Origin: Eledone cirrhosa
Lineage: Eukaryota
Direction: 5' to 3'
NCBI GenBank assembly: GCA_964016885.1
Contig: OZ024747.1
Span: 85,560,001 to 85,624,000, forward strand
DNA: 64,000 bases
Shown here: one piece after another, positions 1-13,375 of the stretch
How positions within the stretch are numbered: the stretch's first letter is position 1
How the letters are laid out: the number at the start of each line of letters is the position of its first letter
Position numbers and translations under genes: made by a program
Notes under the pieces: model-generated
What the model saw: only the letters and a program-made list of their open reading frames with translations
Told to the model about the DNA's origin: nothing
Databases searched by the model: none

Positions 1-30
1 ATATATATATAGAGAGAGAGAGAGAGAGAT

Positions 31-86
<56 letters not shown>

Positions 87-204
87 TGTATGTATATGTC
101 TATTTACATGCCTATTCATATACTTATCTATCTATCGATCTATCTACTATCTATCGATCTATCTATCTATCTATCTATCGATCTATCTATCTATCTATCT
201 ATCG

Positions 205-284
<80 letters not shown>

Positions 285-285
285 C
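1..285. repeat. Compound microsatellite (AT)n(AG)n(GATA)n ... (TCTA)n
   Basis: Directly visible tandem di- and tetranucleotide runs. Confidence 0.95.
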
Positions 286-509
286 TACAACTGCCGTTGC
301 TGATATAGTCTTACGTTATGACTGGGTTCATTCAGTCCTACATTCATTCAAAATCCTCATCCGGTTTTTATCGTTCATTGGTGAGCATTTTGCAATCACC
401 AGCATTGTAACAGCCAATGAAAATATACCACCTCATGCATACACATACACATGCGTATATACGTGTACATCAACAAACAAACAAATATACACACCTACAT
501 ACATACATG

Positions 510-567
<58 letters not shown>

Positions 568-577
568 ATAAATATAT

Positions 578-651
<74 letters not shown>

Positions 652-726
652 GTGTATATATATATATATATGTGTACATATTTATATATATATATGTGTG
701 TATGTATATGTAGATATATAAATCTG

Positions 727-763
<37 letters not shown>

Positions 764-1350
764 ATGTGTGTGTGTGTGTATGTATGTGTGTGTGTATGTA
801 TGTATGTGTACCATTTTAGTCTTTTTCTCCATTTTGGTTTACTATACGTTTTCTCCCGATTCCATGTATTGCTGTATTTTTTTCACTTCTTACATTATTT
901 TGCATATCATTAATTAATTCATTCATTCGCCCCCCCCCCCCCCCTCCCACCTACCCCCACCCACCAACTGTTCTCTCTCTCTCTGCATGCTACTTATTAC
1001 GTCAACCATTTACTAAGTACTAGTAGTGCGTTTATAGACTAACAGGATGTTGCCATCTCTATAGTGCCGCCTTCTGTCTATTCGTTCACAAAGTAAATAG
1101 AGAACAATTGAATATTAAAGTCATTCAAGCGGAAGACGTCTCGTTTCTTAGTATTTGCAAAAATAGATGTTCACATATTCATATCCATATGCACTATATA
1201 TACTATAAATTAATTAGTAAGATATATCTACAACGTTATAGTAGTTATAGTATAACTACTATAACGTTGTAGATATATCTTACTATTAATTTGATTTGGA
1301 AAATGTAATCTACGGACTACGGAGTTAAGACTTCAATAATATATATATAA

Positions 1351-1405
<55 letters not shown>

Positions 1406-1406
1406 A

Positions 1407-1569
<163 letters not shown>

Positions 1570-1620
1570 TTCTTTATATATAGATAGTTAGATGGATATG
1601 GATATATATGAATATATATA

Positions 1621-1831
1621 GCTGATTAGTTAGAGAATTGGATTCGCAAACGTGGGGTTGTGAGTTCGATTCCCGAATCGGGCGATGCGTTATGTCCTTG
1701 AGCAAGACACTTTATTTCACGTTGCTCCTTCTACCTGGAGTTGCAACTGATAGATAGTATTATCTATTCGAAAGACCAATGGAAACATTGTTTCCTCGGT
1801 TCGATTTGACGAAAGTCGATCGACTGTCGAT
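1621..1831 (+). mobile_element. tRNA-derived SINE, CORE-like family (SINE-B)
   Basis: B-box GAGTTCGATTCC followed by GTCCTTGAGCAAGACACTTTATTTCAC (resembles the CORE domain); near-identical copy at 47366-47590. Confidence 0.8.
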
Positions 1832-2092
1832 ATGCGCGCGCGCGTGTCTGTGTGTGTGTATGTTTAGTTATGTATATATATATATATATATGATGGTCGA
1901 GTCAGGGTATTGTTAATCTGAAGTTTTGCCTGATGCCCCTGAGAACACACAGGCGAAACCAGAGAGTCAGGATACTGACTCGACTTTAATAATATCATTA
2001 ATCTATGAGTACAACATACTATGGTATGTATTTCTTACTGTCGCCACCCATACTTTGACACCTCGTTCCTACTTATTATTATATATAATATG

Positions 2093-2380
2093 TGAGTTCA
2101 AATCCAGCCGAGGTTAACTTTGCCTTTCATCCTTACGGGGTCGGTAAAATAAAGTACCAGTAATGCACTGGTTAATTGCTGGCCTTGTGTCAAATGTATA
2201 AACAATTATTATATATAATATCTATTATTATATAAGTTCAAATCCCGCGAGGTTAACTTTGCCTTTCATACTTACGGGGTCAATAAAATGAAGTACCAGT
2301 CACGCACTAGGGTCGATTAAATCGACTTTCCCCCTCCCCCAAAATTGCTGGCCTTGTGCCTATATAAGAAACCATTATTA
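2093..2380 (+). mobile_element. Two tandem 5'-truncated copies of tRNA-derived SINE-A
   Basis: GAGTTCAAATCC..GAGGTTAACTTTGCCTTTCATCCTTACGGGGTCG..AAAATAAAGTACC..TTGCTGGCCTTGTG, which recurs about 20 times in the window. Confidence 0.9.
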
Positions 2381-2394
2381 TATATATATTTTAG

Positions 2395-3063
2395 CATCGA
2401 TTAAGATGGAGTGGTCAAGAAGTGAGAATGGATGATGATCGCATCCTTAAGCAGTTCCTGTATGGTGAGCTGGTCGAAGGTAAATGACCGGTGCAGAAAC
2501 CAAAATAGAGGTAGAGGGATTGCAATAAAAGTACTCTGGGGAAGATGAAACTATTGGAGAATGGCTGGGAGAACCTCGCTCTAAATCGAATTTCCTGGAG
2601 GAAGGCAGTGTATGATGGCAGTGTATGATGGCAGTGTATGATGGGAGAATTTGAAAGAAATCGTGTTGAGCATGAACATCTCAAGCAGTGTACTCGTAAG
2701 GACCTTGAGGTGGTTTGCCTGAATATCTTGGCATGTAGGTTGATTTAACCTGTAAAGAATGTGGCCAGTTATGTCTAAATAGGGCAGGCCTTGGATGTCA
2801 TCGAAGAAGCCATGTACACGGCGACACTGTACATTGTATAGCATTTCTGTTATTGGGGAGTGTGGAAAAGAGTGTGCCTTGGTTGGTGGACTGAACATCA
2901 TTTGAAAGAGCACCAAAACAGTACCGTAACATTGTGAGAGGCCCTCATCATTGCAATGTCTGTGAAAGATTGTGCAAGTCCCTAGCAGGGCTAAAAAGCC
3001 ACTTCCGGGTTGCTCATGCTTAAGTATCAATCGATACCATTACTCGAAATTGAGATGCAGCCT
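2395..3063 (+). mobile_element. RTE-clade LINE 3' remnant with three C-terminal C2H2 zinc fingers (stops and frameshifts)
   Basis: Translates as HRLRWSGQEVRMDDDRILKQFLYGELVEGK (RTE post-RT motif), WENLALNRISWRKAV, then CKECGQLCLNRAGLGCHRRSH (2751-2813) and [22 protein letters not shown] (from 2952). Confidence 0.85.
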
Positions 3064-3415
3064 GTGAACTTGTAGCTTAATTGCTATAAATTAATGTTTT
3101 GTCTCTCGTCTCTTATTCCACTGGACAGCATTTGGTTTGTTTCAGATGCTGTGATCCCGGGTGGGCCAGCAGTACAGTTGGTAGGGGTCGAAACTGCCAC
3201 AGTCCATCCCAACAGCCAATCACCCTGAAGTTCTGTGTCCTTAAAAAATTGTTTTTCGTTCGTTGTCTTGTCCTCTCTTTACTATTTTTTTAAAAGTTTA
3301 TATATATATATATAAATATTTATATAATATGTAGATCCGAGTTAATTTGGGAGTAACCATAGTAAATAAGGTACTCAATACATTAGTAGAGTGTGAACAT
3401 CAATGTTTAATATAT

Positions 3416-3494
<79 letters not shown>

Positions 3495-3815
3495 CATGCA
3501 CACGCAAACACGATTTTATACACAACAACGTATAGTTGTATTGAGTCCTGTTAGGTTTTGAGATCATAACAAACTAAAATAACATCTGTACACAAATGTG
3601 TGAGAGCGCGCACGCATGTGTGTGTGTGACATGGGGCTTATGTCTTATGTGTTTATCTGACATGGAACAGAAGATTGTACTGACTAGTTCCTCACACAGT
3701 CACACACACACACACTCTTCCATATATAGAAGATAAAGAGGCAATGATCATATTCGCTATTCGCTACCGCCTTCTTTTCTATACAGTCCCTTTCGACTAC
3801 TTCTATGTATGTATG

Positions 3816-4041
3816 TTATCTCTTTCCCTTAATTTCGAGTATATTTTTTTTGACCGGCCACCTTCCTGGTGGCAAGGTTGTAAAAGAAAAGGAATTGTCA
3901 TCCCTTGAATCGCAAGAATGTTTTGTAAATTTTGAAGGTGCCAGCTATCGCAGCCATTTGTAGACTATGAATTAGGGAGCTGCGCTCTTTATCCGCAAAT
4001 CCAAGTTCAGTCATACTTTGGTCCAAGCCGGTTGGTATATA

Positions 4042-4042
<1 letters not shown>
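3816..4042 (-). mobile_element. 3' end of a restriction-like-endonuclease (RLE) non-LTR retrotransposon
   Basis: Minus strand reads YIPTGLDQSMTELGFADKERSSLIHSLQMAAIAGTFKIYKTFLRFKG*, alignable by eye to the C-terminus of the RLE remnant at 29926-30354; (CATA)n on both sides. Confidence 0.65.
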
Positions 4043-4072
<30 letters not shown>

Positions 4073-4494
4073 TGTATGTATGTATGTATGTATGTATGTA
4101 TGTATGTATACGCAGAAATTCATATACATGTTTGTACATTTCTCTACGTTGGTCAGTTCACGTGTGCACATTCCCTCACACCTCTACACTTTCACAGCAG
4201 CCAACCTATCTTTCAAACCTCTGCACAAATAAACGAACAAACCTACAAGCGTACATACACACACACACATACACACATGCCCCCCTCCCCCACACACACC
4301 CGTACGTATACACATCTCCACTCCAAATATACAATGATTACCTTCCTAAACATCTCTAATACCTAAGATAACCTTGACCAGCATCTATCCAAAATGGCTG
4401 ACTGAATACGCGCGCCTGCTTTTTGTCAATTTTTTTCCGTTCCTTCCTCTTCTCCCTCGCTATCATTCTATTTAATCTTTTATTTCTCATTCTA

Positions 4495-4530
4495 TCTTCT
4501 GATGAAGGACTAGTGCCCGAAACGTAAAGA
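4495..4530 (+). ncRNA. Minimal type I hammerhead ribozyme motif (Penelope-like context)
   Basis: TCTT-CTGATGA-aggactagtgccc-GAAAC-GTA-AAGA: core boxes present, stem I TCTT/AAGA, palindromic ACGT in place of stem III, imperfect stem II. Confidence 0.6.
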
Positions 4531-4815
4531 CGCTTTTCCTACTATATCAAGACTTTTTCCTGTTTTTTAAGCGTTAAGCTAATGTTTCTTCGCTGTAGTG
4601 TGTCATATGTCTTCTTCTTCTTCTTCTTCTTCTTCTTCTTCTTCTTCTTCTTCTTCTTCTTCTTCTTCTCTTTCTTCTTCTTCTTCTCCTCCTCCTCCTC
4701 CTCCTCCTCCTCCTCCTCCTCCTCCTCCTCCTCCACCACCACCACCACCACCACCACCACCACGACTTTCACCTCACCCACTTCATTGTCGTTGCTATTG
4801 TTCATGAAATGCTTG

Positions 4816-4889
<74 letters not shown>

Positions 4890-5360
4890 CACAAATGTAC
4901 TCATGGAAAATTCTTCTGTCATAAAACAAGTCCGTACTTATTCTCTTAAAATCGTTTCGAATGAGATATGACCGTGAGTCCCAGGGGTAGACCTCGAGCA
5001 AGATGGTTGGATAACTAACACACATGAGATTGGCTGGTCTCGCTGGGGGATCCAACCGGTTTAATTGGAGACGGTTGCTTTTGACAGGACTCTCTAGAAA
5101 TTATGTTTGAGGTCTCTTTCTCCCCGACCCTGCCTGGAATATGTGGGCAAAGAAGAAGACACTACTTGAGATACCAACAACAACAACAATAATAATTGTT
5201 TATACTTTTGGCACAAGGCCAGCAATTACGCAGTACATTACGGGTACTTTATTTTTTCGACCCCTGGGACTCACGGTCATATCCCATTCGAAATGATTGT
5301 AAGAAAATAAATACGGACTTGTTTTATGAAAGAAGAATCTTCCATGAATACATTTAGTAT

Positions 5361-5436
<76 letters not shown>

Positions 5437-5720
5437 GGATTATATATTATATAATTCCTGCTCTATATAACCAAATTTGTTTAGATTATATATTATTATA
5501 ATTCCTGCTCTATATAACCAAATTTGTTTAGATTTAGGTTAGTTGCTTTGGACTATATTTGTAATATGGTTCTTAATGTTTTATACATCCTTAGTTATTC
5601 TTATTATATATTTTTATTATTTTTATTTTTATTATCATATATTTTTGCAAGACTTTAGTGTATGTACACTCCATATTCTTCGGAGCTTCCGGCTTGTATC
5701 TGCCGATATTACTTCTTGTT

Positions 5721-5777
5721 GTTTTGATTGCCCTGATGAGTCCTTAATAGGACGAAACATTGTCGGCTAATAAAAAC
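5721..5777 (+). ncRNA. Type I hammerhead ribozyme motif
   Basis: GCC-CTGATGA-GTCCT taat AGGAC-GAAAC att GTC-GGC, with stem I extendable (GTTTT..ATT / AAT..AAAAC), overlapping an AATAAA. Confidence 0.8.
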
Positions 5778-5812
5778 TTTTGATGTATTAAAGGATTCTT
5801 TGTTTTACTCTC

Positions 5813-5848
<36 letters not shown>

Positions 5849-5958
5849 CATACAGGCACTTCATGATAGAATTAATTGATAATTATCAATAATGTTCTAT
5901 CGGGCAATGGCCATACTCGATAACGAGCGAGCAGCCATTATATATATATATATATATA

Positions 5959-6148
5959 TAATTGTTTCTACTTTTTGGCACAAGGCCAGCAATTACTCAG
6001 TACATTACTGGTACTTTATTTTATCGACCCCGTAAGGATGAAAGGCAAAGTTAACCTCGGCGGGATTTGAACTCAGACCACAAAGGGCCGTAACTCTATA
6101 CGTCAAAGCATGGCGTCCGACGCTCTAGCGATACTGCCAATTCACCGC
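5959..6148 (-). mobile_element. SINE-A, full length
   Basis: Reverse complement of the SINE-A consensus, with A box TGGCAGTATCG and B box GAGTTCAAATCC. Confidence 0.9.
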
Positions 6149-6340
6149 ACAATATATATATATAATTATAATCAGTATTCGCTGATTTCATTTACATTCG
6201 AACTACCTCTCTGATGAAAACTATGGAATAATCGTACCTTCGAAATGTTCACAACAGGATGACATACTGGAATAAAACGATGTGAATATATGATACGGTT
6301 ACCCCCTCTCTCTCTCTCACTCTTTTTCTCTCTCTTTCCT

Positions 6341-6386
<46 letters not shown>

Positions 6387-6393
6387 GCTCTCC

Positions 6394-6428
<35 letters not shown>

Positions 6429-6429
6429 G

Positions 6430-6488
<59 letters not shown>

Positions 6489-6759
6489 AAGAAAAGGTCA
6501 AGGAAAAACAAGGAAGAAAATACAATACAGTGATCATAAATATTAATTTAACGGTTGATATTATAGGAAAAGTGTCTTAATATTTTGGACGTTAGTTTTT
6601 CATCGGAAAACATAATTTGTGAGGCGGAATATTTGGAGGATAGAAGATAGACGAGAGAAGGAAAAGAAGGAAAACTGAAACAATTTAGACAGGAGGAAAA
6701 CACGCGTGTTGTTCGTCATTTGGAAGGTTAGATACACGCACAGATACACACACAGATGC

Positions 6760-7820
6760 ACACACTACACCACACTACACTATAGTAAACAACAACACAC
6801 TACACCACACTACACCACACTACACTATAGTAAACCACACAAAACAACAACACACTACACCACACTACACCACACTACACTATAGTAAGCCACACAAAAC
6901 TACAACACACTACACCACTCTACACTGCACTATACTACTGTACAACGCTACATTAAATTACACTCCACTACACTACCGTACACTACACCACACTACACTA
7001 CAGTAAACCACATAAAACTACACCACACTACAGTACACTACACTGCATTATACGGTACTACACTACCTAACACTACACGCCACTATGCTACATTAGACTA
7101 CTCTACACCACATTACACTACACTGCATTACACTAAAACACAGTACACCATACTAGCGTACAACACGCCACGTTACTTTACACTACACACTACACTGTAC
7201 CACATTACAGTACACACTACACTGCACATTACACTTAACTATGCTATACTACACTATACTATACTGCACCACATTACACTTAACTATACTATTCTATACT
7301 ATACTATTCTATACTATACTATACTATACTATACTATACTATACTATACTATACTATACTATACTATACTATACTATACTATACTATACTGCACTACACT
7401 ATACTATACTATATTATACTATACTATACTATACTATACTATTCTACACTATACTATACTATACTATACTATACTATACTATACTATACTATACTATACT
7501 ATACTATACTATACTACACTACACTATAATATACTATACTATACTATACTATACTATACTATACTATACTATACTATACTATACTACACTATACTATACT
7601 ACACTACACTACACTACACTACACTACACTATACTATACTATACAATACTATACTATACTATACTATACTACATTATACTACATTACACCACATTACACT
7701 TAACTATACTGTACTACACTATACTATACTATGATATACTATACTATACTACACTATACTATAATATACTATTCTATACTATACTATACTTATACTACAC
7801 TATACTACGCTATACTACAT
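6760..7820. repeat. Pentanucleotide satellite (ACTAC/ACTAT)n
   Basis: About 1 kb of CACTA/TACTA units, degenerate on the left and more homogeneous on the right. Confidence 0.95.
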
Positions 7821-8193
7821 GATGCAATACGATGCAATATATTTTCTGATCAGATACACACTACTTTCACTTTCTAAAAATAGCTGCACTTCTCACAACC
7901 ACTCACAACTAGTCTGTTTGACTGATTGCCTGCTCTGTTCAGTTCTCTTTCTGCTTTCCTCTGCAAAACGTAAATCACATCACGTAAGAAACTGTCGTAG
8001 CAGCAACACAAGCATGGCGTAGTAGTGAGAAAACCACTATTGCTATAAATACGTACTATACGATTGCATAACGTACTTAGATCTGGGAAAGAAAGTTCAT
8101 TTAGAGCCTTTAAATATTCTGCGGTTTCTAGCTCTAGAATAATGAATCACTCACTCTTCAATATATATATATATATATATATACATACATACA

Positions 8194-8607
<414 letters not shown>

Positions 8608-8659
8608 ATATATATATATGGATATATATATATATATATATGGATATATATATATATAT

Positions 8660-8707
<48 letters not shown>

Positions 8708-9003
8708 CAATAAAAAAATTCTATGAATTCAAATCCCAATCTGTGATATGCGACGGGCTGGGTTATTGGTGTTGTTTCCTCAAAGAACACCAATAACCCG
8801 CCCTTAGCATATCACATAATGGGAACTGCATGAGCAATTTTTAATTTTATTCAAGTAATTTTTAATTCGTGTAATAGTTGTCTGGTGAGGTCGTAACTGT
8901 TATATAACATTTACCACCGAAATACGTATAATAGCGATTATGTAACTGAGGTAAATTCTAACCCACTAGCTTCTATTTCATTGTTATATATATATATATA
9001 ATA

Positions 9004-9185
9004 ATAACTGTTTCTACTTTAGGCACAAGGCCAGCAATTATCCAGTTCATTACTGGTACTTTATTTTATCGACCCCGTAAGGATGAAAGGCAAAGTCAAC
9101 CTCGGCGGGATTTGAACTCAGATCGTAAAGGGACGTAACTATGCTGGAAAGCATGGCGTCCGACCCTCTACCGAGACTGCCAATA
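9004..9185 (-). mobile_element. SINE-A
   Basis: Matches the other SINE-A copies. Confidence 0.9.
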
Positions 9186-9288
9186 TAATAATAACACACA
9201 CACACACACACACACTCACTCATACACACAGCCACACATACACACACACACTCATACACACAACCACACACGCACACACATACACATA

Positions 9289-9322
<34 letters not shown>

Positions 9323-9347
9323 GTAATAATAATAATCTGTTATTTTA

Positions 9348-9399
<52 letters not shown>

Positions 9400-9504
9400 C
9401 AGTTTACTATTATGTACCAAGTACTACACAACGAGCGTGTTAAGCAGGTTTGACCTCTGATAGAATAAAAACAATCACACCCATTCAAATATTCCAACTA
9501 TCGA

Positions 9505-10355
9505 ACCATCCAAACATTCATCCATTCATCCAACCAGACATCCAGCCAACCAACCATGCAACCACCCAACCATGCAACCACCCAACCACCCAACCATGCA
9601 ACCACCCAACCATGCAACCACCCAACCACCCAACCATGCAACCACCCAACCACCCAACCACGCAACCACCCAACCACCCTACAATCCAACCTACCCAACC
9701 ACCCAACCACCCAACCATGCAACCACCAAACCATCCAACCATCCAACCAACCACTTATCCATACACCAAGCCACCCTACCACCCTACCACCTAACCATCC
9801 AATCAACTATATAATCCATCCAACCATCTATCCACCCACACATCATACCAACCATCCAACCATCCAACCATCCATCCACCCACCTTATCATCCAACCATC
9901 CAATAAGCCACTCTCATAACCATCCAACCATCCAACCAACCACCCACCCATCCACCTTACAATCCAACCATCCACCCACCCACCTTACCATCCAACCATC
10001 CACCCACCCACCCACCCACCTTACAATCCAACCATCCACCCACCCACCCATCTTACCATCCAACCATCCAACCACCCAGCCACCTTACCATCCCACCATT
10101 CAACTACCCACCCACCTTACCATCCCACCATTCAACTACCCACCCACCTTACCATCCCACCATTCAACCATCCAACCTTCCAACTATCCAATCGCCCACC
10201 CACCTTACCATCGAACCACCCAGCCATCCAGCCATCCAACCACCCAGCCATCCAACCACCCAGCCATCCAACCATCCAACCACCCAACCATCCAACCACC
10301 CAACCATCCAGCCACCTAACCATCCAGCCATCCAAACATCCAGCCATCCAACCAT
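9505..10355. repeat. Complex tetranucleotide repeat (CCAA/CCAT/CCAC)n
   Basis: Directly visible; explains the W/G-rich and P/H/T-rich ORFs. Confidence 0.9.
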
Positions 10356-10477
10356 TCTCATATGTTGTCTTCCATTATGAATAACGACCATTCTCTAAGA
10401 AAAGGCCATATGATTGAACATTACATTCCTTCTTTCTTTCCTTCCTTTTCACTCTTCATCACTTCTGCTTCTTCTTT

Positions 10478-10521
<44 letters not shown>

Positions 10522-11256
10522 TTAATGCTACTACTTTTGCTTCTACTCAGCCAATGTATCTCTTCAGTGATGACGTCAACAGTAGGTGTTCTGACGTCAT
10601 CAATGCTAAGCAAGTCTCAGAAAAACCGGGCACAGTGTCTCTCTATCTTCTATCTCTCTTTGTCTCGTTCTTCCTTTATCTCCTACCACCACCACTCCTC
10701 GCAGCACCTTCCTTTGTTTTGTCATCAGTGTTATTTCCATTCGCTCTCTTTTCCGAATAGACAAAAAGAGAGGCAGAGAAAGGGGAGTAAATAAGGATAC
10801 CTCCCACTTCACCCACTCATTCACTCACACACACACTCTCTCTCACCTACCACTTTAGTCTCTGATTTGAAGGACAAACTCATTTGATTGGTCAAACGTC
10901 TCCAACATCTCATGTAGTCTGTATGTGTATGTGTATGTATGTATGTGTATGTGTGTGTGTGTAGAATGTCTTGTATGTATGTGTGTAGAATGTTTTGTAT
11001 GTGTGCAAGTGTGTGTTTGTATGTGTATATATGTATATTTGTATGTCAGTCTGTATGTATGCGTATATCGTGCGTGTTTGTATATGTGTATAAATGTGGT
11101 GTGTCTGTGTGTGTGTATGCATATGTATGTATGTATGTCTCTGTATATGGGTATGTGAGTCTGTGTCGATTTGTATGTGTACATGTGTATGTGCATTTGT
11201 GTATGTATATTTGTATATATATATATATATACATATACGTATGTATATGTACATAT

Positions 11257-11329
<73 letters not shown>

Positions 11330-11332
11330 TAT

Positions 11333-11422
<90 letters not shown>

Positions 11423-11437
11423 ATATATATGTATATC

Positions 11438-11468
<31 letters not shown>

Positions 11469-11469
<1 letters not shown>

Positions 11470-11587
11470 ACCAAGGAAGTGTGGTAAGGAACCAGGTGGA
11501 CCATAACGCACCAGAGTACTCAATACTTAAGGTAGTAGAGTGGGTAAGAGGAAAATGTTCAAGACCCCGGGGTCTGAACATTTTCCT
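11469..11587 (-). mobile_element. Hammerhead-derived fold-back element, copy 2
   Basis: Same tail; palindrome AGGAAAATGTTCA-AGACCCC|GGGGTCT-GAACATTTTCCT. Confidence 0.75.
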
Positions 11588-11606
11588 ATATATATATATT
11601 ATAATT

Positions 11607-11664
<58 letters not shown>

Positions 11665-12382
11665 CGTGGTGCTGAGACCAGGGAGACTACTAATCAGAGG
11701 AGAACTCAACGCATGGAGAGATGCAGTATGTGTGCGTGCGTGTGTGTGTTGTGTGCGTGTGTATGTGTGTGTGTATGTGTGTGTGTGTGTGCGTGTGCGT
11801 GTGTGATAGCAATACGGTGACTCCCCTCCCCACACCAATGTTAAAACGAGGGGGTCGGAGGGAGGGAGAACATCATAAGTTGAGGTAGGAGTAATACAGC
11901 CAAGATGTAACGTTCTCTCTACAACTGTCTTTTTTAACTCTTGTCTCTAAATGTTTTTTCTCATAGTCTCTCTCTCTGTGCCCCTCTCTCACTCTCTCTG
12001 TGCCCCTCTCTCACTCTCTCTTTCTACCCCCTCCATCTGCCCCCACAATCTCTCCCCCTCTCTCTCTGTCTCTCTCTCTCTCTCTTTCTCTCTCTACCCC
12101 TATCTCATTCTATCTATTTCCCTCCCTCCCTCTCTGTCTCTCTGCCCTCTCTCTCCCTCTCTCCCTCTCTCTCCCTCTCTCCCTCTCTCTCCCCCTCTCT
12201 CTTTCTCCACCCCCGTCTCTCTCTCTATCTCTCTGCCCCCCCCCCTCTTCTTTATTCATTCTTTAATGCGACATTCTCCAGGAATCTATATTTTCTTTCC
12301 TTTCTTTCAGAAACATCCAATCCACAAACACACAAACACTTACTAAATCTATGTACCTCCGTTTCTGTGTATCTTTGAACAG

Positions 12383-12476
<94 letters not shown>

Positions 12477-12610
12477 GAGAGGTATAGAGATTGTTTTAGC
12501 AAGAAGCTAACGGCATTCTATAACATATATGCGACTATAACGTCAAGATGGGAAAAGTAGTTAACGAAAGATTTAGGAAAAATAACTCAAACTCATCTCA
12601 AAAGAGAATC

Positions 12611-12789
12611 AAGGAACCAAATGGACCAAACGCACCAGAGTACTCAATACTTAGGGTAATAGAGTGGGTAATAGGAAAAAGTTCAACCCCGACGGCAGAG
12701 CTCAAGCCGTTTCGACGGCTATTTCTGGACTCTAGAAATAGCCGTCGAAACGGCTTCAGCTCTGCCGTCGAGGTTGATATTTTTCCTAT
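12611..12789 (-). mobile_element. Hammerhead-derived fold-back element, copy 3 (long palindrome)
   Basis: Partial tail plus ~55-bp arms at 12671-12789 containing GAAACGGC..GCCGTC. Confidence 0.8.
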
Positions 12790-13277
12790 ATATAGGTACT
12801 GCTGGTGGTGGTGGTGGTGGTGGTGGTGGTACTGGTACTGGTACTCGTGGATGCTACTGGTGGTGGTGAAGGTGGTGTTGTTGTTGTTGGTAGCGGTGGT
12901 GGTAGTTGTGGTGTTGTTGTTGGTGGTGGGGGTGGGGATGGGGGGGTTGTGGTGGTGATGGTGAGGGTGATGGTACTGGTGGTGGTAGTGGTGGTGGTGT
13001 TAGCGGTGGTGGTGGTGGTGTTGGTGGTGGTGGTGGTGATGATGATAGTACTGGTGATAGTACTGGTAGTGGTGCTGACGGTGGTGGTGTTGTTGGTTGT
13101 GGCGGTGGCGGTGGTGGTGGTTGTGGCGGTGATGATGATGGTACTGGTGGTGGTGACGGTGGTGGTGGTTGTGGTGGTGTTTTTGTTGTTATTGCTCTTC
13201 TTGTTTGGATGTAACATGACCGAATGTTTCGGAATCATAAAGTCGCAGTGTCATTTGTATTGTTGGTATTGCTGGCC

Positions 13278-13375
13278 ACAGGCAAGCCCCTAGCAGGACT
13301 AGGAAGCCACGTCTGTGATACCCAGACTTAAGTATCTAGCGATGGCATTACTCGAAATCAAGTTGCAGCCATCAT
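13278..13375 (+). mobile_element. Short RTE-type LINE 3' end followed by (TATG)n
   Basis: Similar to 2970-3063 (GCAAG..CCTAGCAGG..AAGCCAC..CTTAAGTATC..CATTACTCGAAAT..GCAGCC). Confidence 0.6.
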
